Shown here in pieces: positions 55,356 through 64,000 of a DNA stretch of 64,000 nt. Positions within the stretch are counted from its first letter, which is position 1, and the number at the start of each line of letters is the position of its first letter. This DNA comes from Corallochytrium limacisporum Hawaii. Taxonomy: Eukaryota > Protista > Pluriformea. The position numbers were made by a program, and so were the translations under genes. Location: contig PDIP01000088.1 of the NCBI GenBank assembly GCA_002811645.1, positions 62,001 to 126,000 on the forward strand, read 5' to 3'. The notes beneath the pieces are model-generated. The model did no database searches, was not told the DNA's origin, and was given only the letters and a program-made list of their open reading frames with translations.

Positions 55356-56786
55356 CTATTTCACACGCAGCTCCACACCGAGCTGTTCCGCGGCTTCCTC
55401 CATGACCTGCTCGTGCATAACGTTCACTTCCTCACCCCAGAACGTGCGCTCGAATGAGCGGTACGTGATGCGGAAGCACTTGGATCTTCGCGACGTCTTC
55501 GGATGCTTGAAGTCATCGATCAATTCAACCTTCTCAACTACGTCTCCGTGCAAACCACGCACGAGATCAAAGAAAGTATTGTCAGAGAATCCACCGCTCT
55601 GTGCCTGGTTGTCGCCACTGTCACCTTCTGGAAGCCAGAAGGCGATATCGCGCAGCGCCGGGCTGTGGTTTGAGAACGGCTGGTAGCGCTCCGGTAAATC
55701 TTTGGCTGCCTTTTCCGCACTGAACTGAGACAGGAACCGTTCGTCCCGACTCCAGAAAAGGCGAATGTCTGGCACGGCGTAACGAATCATAGCCCATCGT
55801 TCGATGCCCAGTCCAAAGGCCCAGGCCACACGGTCTGGCACTCCAGCAGCTGCCATGATATCCTGCCGAGTCACACCACAGCCTAATACTTCAAGCCATT
55901 CACCACCGAACTGGATTTCAAGCTCGAAAGAAGGGTGCGTGAACGGGAAATACGCGTCGATCCAGCGCATTTCGGTGTCCTTGCCGAAGACCCGGCGACA
56001 GGCGCCCTCCAGACTGCGCTTCATATCCTCCACGACCAAAGACGTGGCTTCGGGCGTGACTCCGGCTTGGTTCAGGTCCGAATGAACCACAGACGGATCA
56101 AAGACGGCCACTCCATCGGCCAATTTGCCACTAGCCCGGATCTCGTCCTCGGTCAAGGCTCGCTGCGCGTCCACTTGATGAAAGACCGGGTAATGGCTGG
56201 CGTCGATCTCGTCCCGGCGGTAGACATCGCCAGCCAGAACCCACGCGTGGTGACCCGACCGCAGCAAATCCGCCTGGTGTGCGGTGCAATGCGCCCTGAA
56301 CAGCTGATTGCGGTTTACATAGTAGTTATCATGCCGACTACGGGCCTCGTGATCCGACGGGAAGAGCAGAGAATCAAAGTTCTGCTGAACTGTGACCACC
56401 GGGTGATAATCACTGAAGGCGGCAAAGCCCGTTCCCGAGGCAGAGTCTAGCACGTTGGATGGAGGCGGAAAGTCAGAGTCTTTGGCGTAGCCGTCAGCAT
56501 CAGTAAAGTAGCTGAAGATCCTGCTGCGAACTATTCCGATGGGATGGTTTTCGTCCTGGTGAAGGTTCCATCCCACTTTGCTCAGTACTCGATCTGTGAC
56601 GTTTGCGTAGTCGTCGAGTTCAAAAGCCTTACCATCAATGTCGATGGTGCCTTGTTTTGGGACACTTGCTCCACTACAACGCGCGGCCGAAGTGACAAAG
56701 GGCGCAAACAATCGTTGCGACGTACCATATACAATAGCCCGGCGGCTGTGCCGTAGAGCGTATCTGTAGACGCCTGCCAGAGACAT
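55356..56786 (-). CDS. FARS2: Mitochondrial phenylalanyl-tRNA synthetase
   Basis: NLH...HPIGI, QNFDSL..DH..R..DNYY, RAH.TAHQ, YRRDEIDASHYPVFHQ, YFPFTHPSFELEI, WLEVLGCG, WAFGLG.ER, DIRLFWS; C-terminal FDX-ACB domain. Confidence 0.96.
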   Translation of the reverse strand: MSLAGVYRYALRHSRRAIVYGTSQRLFAPFVTSAARCSGASVPKQGTIDIDGKAFELDDYANVTDRVLSKVGWNLHQDENHPIGIVRSRIFSYFTDADGYAKDSDFPPPSNVLDSASGTGFAAFSDYHPVVTVQQNFDSLLFPSDHEARSRHDNYYVNRNQLFRAHCTAHQADLLRSGHHAWVLAGDVYRRDEIDASHYPVFHQVDAQRALTEDEIRASGKLADGVAVFDPSVVHSDLNQAGVTPEATSLVVEDMKRSLEGACRRVFGKDTEMRWIDAYFPFTHPSFELEIQFGGEWLEVLGCGVTRQDIMAAAGVPDRVAWAFGLGIERWAMIRYAVPDIRLFWSRDERFLSQFSAEKAAKDLPERYQPFSNHSPALRDIAFWLPEGDSGDNQAQSGGFSDNTFFDLVRGLHGDVVEKVELIDDFKHPKTSRRSKCFRITYRSFERTFWGEEVNVMHEQVMEEAAEQLGVELRVK

Positions 56787-56929
56787 GGCTCTTTCTGTAT
56801 TCGTTGAAACTAAGCCCTCTGTACTGAACGGAGCAGCAAAATAAAAAGCTCTTATTGATTGCTGTGTTTTTCCAGTCACATCCTTGTTTTTAGTTTAGCC
56901 AGCTGATCTGTCCCTTACCACAGTGGCGT

Positions 56930-57100
56930 TGACTATGATATACCATAAGTTTACGAGTCTCAGTCTTGTCCATAGCTGTCAACTTGCGTGGGCCTGAACC
57001 TTCCCCGAGGTTGTTGGATACGAGCGGCAAACCAACATTGACCCGCTCGCCGCCGCCAGGAGACGAAAGACCCTGGAAGCTGGCCAAGTTTTGTGTACAG
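56930..57100 (-). pseudogene. Possible compressed CNBD remnant
   Basis: ORF 56890-57129: LASFQGLS..SPG..LGEGS.PRKLTA...T..KL. Confidence 0.35.
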
Positions 57101-57387
57101 TAGCGGGGAGAGTCGCACCTCGGCCACAACCACGGGCGGCGGGTCGAGTCGCGTGGGGGGGGGGAGAAGATTGCGAAGCCCCCCGCCCCCCGGGGGTCAG
57201 AAGCGGGGGTTTGGTGTGTTCCCTGTCGAACCCGGTCCAGCCTTGAGGCACCCTCGGCAGCAACTTCATGCTACTTCAGAGACGACTGAAAGGACTATAA
57301 GTCACCCGGCCGACAGAGAAGGCAAGGAGAAAGCCTACTGTTCTAGTAAAATAATGGCGACACAAGAAGCAGAATTCTAAAGAAAGA

Positions 57388-58731
57388 ATGGAGGATGACG
57401 TGTTTGTGGACCAGAGAGAATCCATTGGTCCGGTGGCTCCGTGTGCCTGTCCGCAGGAGCGTGGCTTGATCATCGCACTCTACAACTATACAGAGCACTT
57501 AATTTCAGAGTCTGAGATTGGCGAGACTATTGACCTTTTGGAAACAGAGATCACAACGCTGCGCAGACGGGCGGCAGAATCAGAGGAGGGACTCCCAGGA
57601 GTCTCCGGCAAACTTCGAATCGGCGTAGAAGGTATCAATGGGACTTTTGCGGGACCTACGGAGGACTGTGAGGCTCTCTTGAAGCTTATTGATCAGCAAA
57701 TGGCTCGGTTCAAAGATGACAGCGCAGATGAAGATATCAACCGATGGTCCAGGTTGTACTCAAAGTCCGTAGTAGACTCAGGATGTGCGCATGTATTCCC
57801 TTGGGATCATCTGCGCGTAAAGCATGTGCCAGAGCTGGTACCGTTGGGGATTGAAGCCACAAAGGTTCGACCGGGCAAAGGATGTCATGTCAGTCCGGAC
57901 GAGTTCAGAGAGTACGTGTTGCAGGCGGCACGGACCAGTCGAAACCCAGGTCAAAAGAATGTCCGGGAAAGTGAGGGAAAGGCAACCGCAGATGATGTGG
58001 TCCTCCTGGACTGCCGGAATTGGTATGAATGGAAATTGGGTCATTTTGAAGGCAGCATTTTACCACCAACGCGGAAGTTTAGTCAGCTCCCAGAATGGCT
58101 GCAGCGCAACGAACACAAGTTCAAGGACAAGACTGTCGCTATGTACTGTACTGGAGGCGTACGCTGTGAGCGGGCAGCGGCGCTCCTAGAGCCGTTGGCA
58201 ACTCGCGTGGTTCAGCTGGACGGTGGCATCCATCGCTACCTGCGCGAAGAAGCAGAGAATATAAACAGAAGCCGGAGAGGCAGCCAGAGTGAGCTCGAGG
58301 TCGAAACCCGACCAATGCAACCGTCCCTCTACAAAGGCAAAATCTATGTCTTCGACGCCCGGCAGAGCATCCGGCCATGCAACACAGCGGTTCCTGCGGC
58401 TGATGATGCCATTGTCGGCGAGTGCGATACCTGCGCTGAATCGTGGGAGGTGCTTCGACGCTGTTCGAATCCGATTTGCGGTGAATTCGTCCTTCGCTGT
58501 CCGCGGTGCTGGAAGGAACTGAGCTACTGCTGCCTGGTCTGTGCGGAGGCTGGACCACAGAGCCTGGAGGCCGCCATGAAAGCACAGACGACGGATCTCA
58601 CCACAAAAACGGACGACAGAGGCGCCCAATTGGAGCTCGGTAAGAGTCTTCTGAAAAGGGCTAGAAAGTCTCGCGGTGTCTGCATTTGCGAAAGACAAAG
58701 GGCAGCTGCGCTGCTGGAGACCTTGGCATGA
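57388..58731 (+). CDS. Rhodanese-domain protein, TSTD2/TrhO(YceA) family
   Basis: GKLRIG.EGINGT, LDCRNWYE..LGHF, MYCTGGVRCE, QLDGGIHRY, GK.YVFD.R, Cys-rich C-terminus (CDTC, CSNPIC, CPRC, CC..C). Confidence 0.92.
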   Translation: MEDDVFVDQRESIGPVAPCACPQERGLIIALYNYTEHLISESEIGETIDLLETEITTLRRRAAESEEGLPGVSGKLRIGVEGINGTFAGPTEDCEALLKLIDQQMARFKDDSADEDINRWSRLYSKSVVDSGCAHVFPWDHLRVKHVPELVPLGIEATKVRPGKGCHVSPDEFREYVLQAARTSRNPGQKNVRESEGKATADDVVLLDCRNWYEWKLGHFEGSILPPTRKFSQLPEWLQRNEHKFKDKTVAMYCTGGVRCERAAALLEPLATRVVQLDGGIHRYLREEAENINRSRRGSQSELEVETRPMQPSLYKGKIYVFDARQSIRPCNTAVPAADDAIVGECDTCAESWEVLRRCSNPICGEFVLRCPRCWKELSYCCLVCAEAGPQSLEAAMKAQTTDLTTKTDDRGAQLELGKSLLKRARKSRGVCICERQRAAALLETLA

Positions 58732-58963
58732 AGTGGGTAGGTGACTGCCCATGAGCAATCCCTATTGACGGCACAATCCTGATAGAAGGTATGTAATCAA
58801 TATATAAAGGAAAATGATCTCGGAGAAATAACAATCTGTTGTGATGACCAAGAGAGTGGATATTTGTCCTCTAAAGACGTGACGATGGTGAATGCGAGGA
58901 TGGATGCCCACAGTTCTTCCGCGCGGGACCATGACGATGATTGTAGTCGTGACCCGAGCGTGG

Positions 58964-60319
58964 TCAGCCGGCCTCGCAAGCCTTCAGCTTCTCCACCGAT
59001 GCCTGCGCTGCTTTCACAAGTCCCAGTCCACGATGGTCGCCCAATGCAGCCAATCCCAATGCAGTCATGGCGTAGCCCACGGCAAGGTCATGTTCAGAGT
59101 CGTAGAGGATCAATGATCCACCGTATCCACCCCAGCCCTTGGCTCGGAGTCCATGGATCTCAGGCGTGAACAAACCCCAACCACCTGTGTTATATTTCAC
59201 AGGGCGGTAAAGAACCTTGTCCAGTGTCTTGCTGTGATCCTCCGGGATGGTCTCAGCATAGACCACCGTATCTTCCGAAAGAATCCGCACACCGTCAATC
59301 TCTCCATGGTTGCAGAGCATGGCCGCAAGCCGTGCCATGCTCCAGGCATTGCTGAAACCGTTGTGCGAGGCACCAAGCACGGCCTGACCGACTGGCTTGT
59401 TGAAGTTGGTTTCCGAATGCCTAATGCTGTAGCTCAGCGCTCGCCGTGGGTAGGAGTTTTGGTCCCGGAGACGGGGAATAAGCTTCTTCGAGATCTTGGG
59501 CATCTGGTTGTACGGATTCGTGTAGAAATAGTCAGCTACCGCATTCGGCAGTATGGTCTGGGGCAAAATCTGCGTGAACATGTCTTTGGGGCCCATAAAA
59601 GTTAGTGGACTGACTCGCTTCAAGTGTTCTAGCTCCGTGAGGCCAATGTAGAACTCGATGCCGAGAGGGTCACAGATCTCTTCCTTGGCAAATTCGCGGA
59701 TGCTGCGTTTCTTGGGATCCACTCGGCGGATAATTTGATTGACGTACAGACCACGGGTGGTGGCATGGTAGCCGAAAGGCTTGGGGTAGCCTTCAAAATT
59801 TGTGGCCTGGGCGGCCAGATAGTCACCTAGCGCGTCCTGGTTCTCCGCGTGGCACTCTTCGACCGATAGGCGCCGGTCAAGGACGGCGAGCCCGGCGCGG
59901 TGCTGCATGAGATCCCGGACTGTAATTTGTTCCTTGTCATTCTGAGCGAATTCCGGCCAGTGCTTAGCAATTGGGTCGTCATAGTGGAGATAACCACGGT
60001 CGTGGCACACGGCAATGCACACAGCCTCCAGCAACTTTGTGCTTGAGAAGACCATCTGCAGACAGTCTTCCGAGTAGGGGTCAGCGTTTCCGTCGGTTGG
60101 ATTGCCGCCCTTACAGCCGCCCACCAAGCGCACAACCTCCTTGCCCCGGAAGTATACCGCCGCACTGGCTCCCAGATCGTTACCGCTCTCGATCGAGTGT
60201 TGGAAAAAGTCCTTGACGTCCTCAAAGCCAGGTTCACACTTCAGCACAGTGACCTTGCGGTGGGGTCGGTCTCGGTGCTTAGGTGCATCGTAGTTCCAGA
60301 CGGCACTGAGGTAGTCCAT
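58964..60319 (-). CDS. Beta-lactamase-family serine hydrolase (class C / family VIII esterase-like)
   Basis: GAS.AVY.RG..VV.L.GG, SxxK (FSSTK), HWPEFAQN.KE.ITVR.LM.HRAGL, GYHA.T.G, EEI..PLG, GWGGYGGS. Confidence 0.9.
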   Translation of the reverse strand: MDYLSAVWNYDAPKHRDRPHRKVTVLKCEPGFEDVKDFFQHSIESGNDLGASAAVYFRGKEVVRLVGGCKGGNPTDGNADPYSEDCLQMVFSSTKLLEAVCIAVCHDRGYLHYDDPIAKHWPEFAQNDKEQITVRDLMQHRAGLAVLDRRLSVEECHAENQDALGDYLAAQATNFEGYPKPFGYHATTRGLYVNQIIRRVDPKKRSIREFAKEEICDPLGIEFYIGLTELEHLKRVSPLTFMGPKDMFTQILPQTILPNAVADYFYTNPYNQMPKISKKLIPRLRDQNSYPRRALSYSIRHSETNFNKPVGQAVLGASHNGFSNAWSMARLAAMLCNHGEIDGVRILSEDTVVYAETIPEDHSKTLDKVLYRPVKYNTGGWGLFTPEIHGLRAKGWGGYGGSLILYDSEHDLAVGYAMTALGLAALGDHRGLGLVKAAQASVEKLKACEAG

Positions 60320-61349
60320 GATGATCACTGGTTGCAGCTAAAGTCTCTTTGGGAATCCTCTGGACTGCGTGACTCAACAGTCCTTCTGAATGATGAGCAC
60401 TGACGCGCCTGGTATCATTTGTTAAGTACCCTTCAGTCGAGATCACTGTGGGCTAAAGATATCATACCCACGCCTCCTCAGTGGTTCACTGTGCACTGCT
60501 CAGGTTAACCTCGATATCATATTTCCTGGCGGAGGTGTGGTCCCACTGCGCAGCGTACCTGAACATTTGTGTGCCTGTTACGCGCCCTTACAGTGCGTCG
60601 ACTCACGAACACTCACACACACAAGCCAGCCCACACCCCGTGAGGGATTAGCCCAAAAGCGCGTTCGGCCCGACGGGGCTCAAGCGATAGGGGGAAAAGG
60701 TGGGCGGAACCCGTGCCCGTGTATTATTTTCGTTCCGGCTTTGTGCGTGCGTTGAACAAGGGCGGATACATACCCGTGCAAAGGGGTAGAACAGCCCCAC
60801 TGCAGCACCACCACCACACACACACACACACTCCTTTTTTATCATCAGTCCGGTTTCCTCCCATCTCCGCAACGACCAACCGGGTACCAACCAGATACCA
60901 CTGGACACACACGTATCAGGAGTATTGGGGTTGGGGTAAGGCCTAAGCCTTCTCTCTTTTCTCCCTCGCTCTCTTCTCTTTTCTCTTTTTTTTTTTTTTT
61001 CCCTTCTGCCCCGGGTGAGGGGCGGCCCCCCTCCCCCCCTCCCTAAGTTTCCTTCTCTGTTTTTGGTCATTCTATCAGCCGACCGGTCACCAGACAGCCC
61101 AGCGTACGCGTCACCACTTCCACGAAGAACCATAGGCGCAAAAAGCTTATATTATTGTACACAAGCAAAGAAGAAGAACAAAAGGGAGAAATAGACCACC
61201 AAACCGGGAGCCCGTCCCACTTCCCCCCGTCACCTCCCCGGGTGGCTTTAAAGACATACACACACACACACACACACAGAGCCAGCGAGGGGCCAGGAAG
61301 GCAGATGCGGCGGCGGCGCAAGCGAGGCCTGGGTTGTATGCCGGAAGAC

Positions 61350-62073
61350 GGGAAGAGCATGCCAAACTGAGGTACGCACTGGGAGCCGCAGTCCCCGCCA
61401 GTAGAGCACTCCGTTCAGAGGAAAACATGGGTATATAACCTGACAGCCGCTGCTGGTGCCGCACTCCTCTGAGCGGCAGCCATGTATGTGTGTGTGTGTG
61501 TGTTGGTTGTGGGGGGCCCTTGGCTTCTTTTGGAGGGCCGCGGGGGTGAGGGTTAAAAGTGCGTGACCTGCGGGAAGAGAGGAGAGAGATTGGAAGCGCC
61601 ACTACGCGGTTCTCCCCGCCCTCCACCGTCCTCTCCAGGGCCCAAGGGAGAGGAACGACGGTGGTGCGTTGCACCACTATCGTCGCTCATACAGCATCCC
61701 ATTTCTATACTGAACGTATGGACAAAAGATGACGACAAGGGCAAAAGGACCGAAATTTGACGACGGTGCCCCTTTTTCTTTTTGGGTGTTCTTGCTCTCC
61801 TTTGGTTCCTGTTCCTCTTCGGTTGTCCTTTTTGGCCCTCCGGAGAGTGTGGTACGAGTCGACAAGTGCTTGAGCACCACCGCGACACGGGAACGAAGCG
61901 AGCGACAGCGAGAGAGACAGACAGATAGACAGACACACACACACACACACACCGCGAGAGAGCCAGTGCACAAGAACCGGGAGCGATGGGACGAGGATGT
62001 CGGAGAGGAAGGAGAAGGGAAGGAGGAAGGGGGCCTGGGGAGGACACCGGTTTTGGTGGCCTAGAGAGAGAGC

Positions 62074-62107
<34 letters not shown>

Positions 62108-62480
62108 GGGAGAGGGAGAGGGAGAGAGAGATAGTTTCTTCAGCGTGTTTTCGCGTTTTTGCCTCTTTCCTTCGGGACTGGGTTCGGCACCCCTTTTTTG
62201 CCCCTTGTCATTATCCCTGGTGCCGGGAGTTCTAAAAATAAAAATCACCGTGACCAGGTGGCGAGAGGAGACCCCAGAACGCGCAGAAGCTTTGTACACC
62301 GACTCGCCTTCTGTGTGGTGGTTGGATCCAATTCCGTGTACAGCATGCACGGAGGCTGTAGATTGGATGTCTAAGGCGATGGTTGCTGATCACAAGTGTG
62401 AGATAGAGCATGACACAGCGCCGATGAGGTGGCAGGACCGCGCGTTACCAACCCGGCTGCCTTTCGAGAAGTTACTCAGG
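61350..62480 (+). pseudogene. Decayed CNBD channel unit (S6 to CNBD) overlain by (CA)n/(GA)n islands
   Basis: TIVAHTAS..YTERMD 61676-61723 and LSSLIQ (S6/C-linker); SAPLF..LS, RE...AEALY, MVADHKCEI, FEKLL (ORF 61986-62546). Confidence 0.5.
62063..62131. repeat. (GA)n / GAGG microsatellite
   Basis: Seen directly. Confidence 0.9.
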
Positions 62481-62841
62481 TGTGCGGTGGAAAGAAAGGG
62501 GGGGGGAACCATAATCATGAAAATTAATATACGGAAATATTTATAACCGCCATTGAAGTAAATAGATTATACGGACATTTATAATTTGGTTTAACCGTCG
62601 TTCTCAGGTCCACCTGGGAGGGTGCATGAGATTGGGGCTGAGCGTTTGTGCTCAGAGCCACGGTGGTTCGACGACAGTCTAAGAGATAATCTTCAGAAGC
62701 AATAACTATCCTAGGGTGCAGTGAACGATGATGGAAGACTATACTATGTTATGCTTTATAAATGTTGGGAATGGAAACATGTGAAATGTAAAAGAAAATG
62801 GATACGCGGGTATGAAAGGTTTGGTTTACAGACCTCGCTCG

Positions 62842-64000
62842 TCACTCTTCGTCGCTCTCAGAAACCTCTGTAATCTCGTGGTGCTCTGAGTGGTCAGTGT
62901 GATAGTCGTCCTCACTCTCCTCCCTGATGGTCGCCGTGCAAGTGGAATTGGATGTGGCTGATAGGCTGGTTCGATTCTCGTGGCTGACCACCACGCGACG
63001 CAGATCTTCTAGCTTGATTGGCTTTGGCAAGAGACCGTCAAAGACCTTGTCAATCTCGGCGGTCTGACTCAGGGCACTGATGGACACCATGGTGCAGTCT
63101 GGGTACGTTTCTTTGAGCCTAGTGGCAAATTCGTTACCCTTCATGCCTGGCATATCAAAGTCGACCAAGGCAAAGTCAATGTGCATAGAGGGATCAGCAC
63201 GCTTACGCTCCTGGAGCTCCTCCAGGGCAGTCTCCGGTTCAGTGAACGGCAACGGGTCCACATTGAACCACTGCAGCATCTTGACGATAATGTCAACATT
63301 AACGACGGCATCATCCATGACTACAGCCTGCAAACGGTGTAGTTCAATGGAGGAAGATGGGCTCGGGGTAAGTCCCATCTTCTCCGGCAAAGTCTTGGTG
63401 ATGTTGGTGGTCATGTGGCTGGCGCGGTGCGAAGCAGCATCTACAACGGGAAGCACCATCTTGATGGTGGCCTTGGTTCCCTGGCCAGCAACGCTAGACA
63501 CCTTCAGCGTGCCACCCATAGCTTCTACCAACTTCTTGCACAACGGTAGTCCCAAACCAGTGGATCCAGCCTTCTTGTTCTGGGCCGTGTGCATGCGCTT
63601 GATCGCAGAGTTGGGCTCAAAGATGTAAGGCATGATATGAGCGGGGATTCCAGGACCATTGTCAACAATAGTCATGATGACTGCCACCTTGTCCTTGGCC
63701 TGGCCCTGTGTAGAAGACTCGACACGCAGTGTTACACGATTCTCTGGTTCACAGGCCTCTAGAGCATTGCGGATCAGATTATCCAAAACCTGGCGCATGC
63801 GCACGAAGTCCATGGACACGTAGAGTTGGTTCACATCGTTGCGCACCACGCCGTCGAAATTGGCCACTTCGGGAGTCTGCTCGCTGGCGTGAGCTGACAA
63901 GAGATCATTGAAGAAATTCTTCAGGCTCACGGTCGAGGGCTGAATGCTCAACTTGCCGGTGTCAAGACGGTGCACATCGAGTAAATCGAACACAATGCGC
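62842..64000 (-). CDS. Hybrid sensor histidine kinase (HATPase_c plus receiver domain); 5' end outside the window
   Basis: DLLD..RL..GK (end of HisKA), D..R.RQVL.NL..NA (N box), DNGPGI (G1), IFEP, GSTGLGL..CK.LVEAMGG (G2); receiver MDD..VN, VDFDMPGMKG, KP. Confidence 0.92.
   Translation of the reverse strand, partial: RIVFDLLDVHRLDTGKLSIQPSTVSLKNFFNDLLSAHASEQTPEVANFDGVVRNDVNQLYVSMDFVRMRQVLDNLIRNALEACEPENRVTLRVESSTQGQAKDKVAVIMTIVDNGPGIPAHIMPYIFEPNSAIKRMHTAQNKKAGSTGLGLPLCKKLVEAMGGTLKVSSVAGQGTKATIKMVLPVVDAASHRASHMTTNITKTLPEKMGLTPSPSSSIELHRLQAVVMDDAVVNVDIIVKMLQWFNVDPLPFTEPETALEELQERKRADPSMHIDFALVDFDMPGMKGNEFATRLKETYPDCTMVSISALSQTAEIDKVFDGLLPKPIKLEDLRRVVVSHENRTSLSATSNSTCTATIREESEDDYHTDHSEHHEITEVSESDEE

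Overview
Eukaryotic genomic window with single-exon genes and three assembly gaps. The gene set (ANKRD11/12-like, DPF-type double PHD, hybrid histidine kinase, oligopeptidase B) and the absence of introns suggest an intron-poor unicellular holozoan/opisthokont such as Corallochytrium; this is inference only. There are 16 apparently intact CDSs, almost all in tight tail-to-tail pairs, plus a frameshifted LRRC6/DNAAF11 (axonemal dynein assembly factor) pseudogene. Main observation: the long spacers on the 5' side of genes, including the 12-kb 'desert' at 1.1-13.6 kb, appear to be heavily decayed cyclic-nucleotide-binding-domain (CNBD) ion-channel coding sequence of the CNG/HCN/KCNH/CNGK type. 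I count roughly 20 partial 6TM+CNBD units, with collinear S1-S6/pore/C-linker/CNBD motifs scattered over frameshifted frames, including two runs of four co-oriented units resembling four-repeat CNGK genes. Homopolymer and (GA)n/(CT)n islands, Cn-Gn hairpins and a recurrent ACTTTCACTA motif sit inside these fossils. All fossil calls come from manual motif matching against family consensus recalled from memory and need frameshift-aware HMM confirmation.
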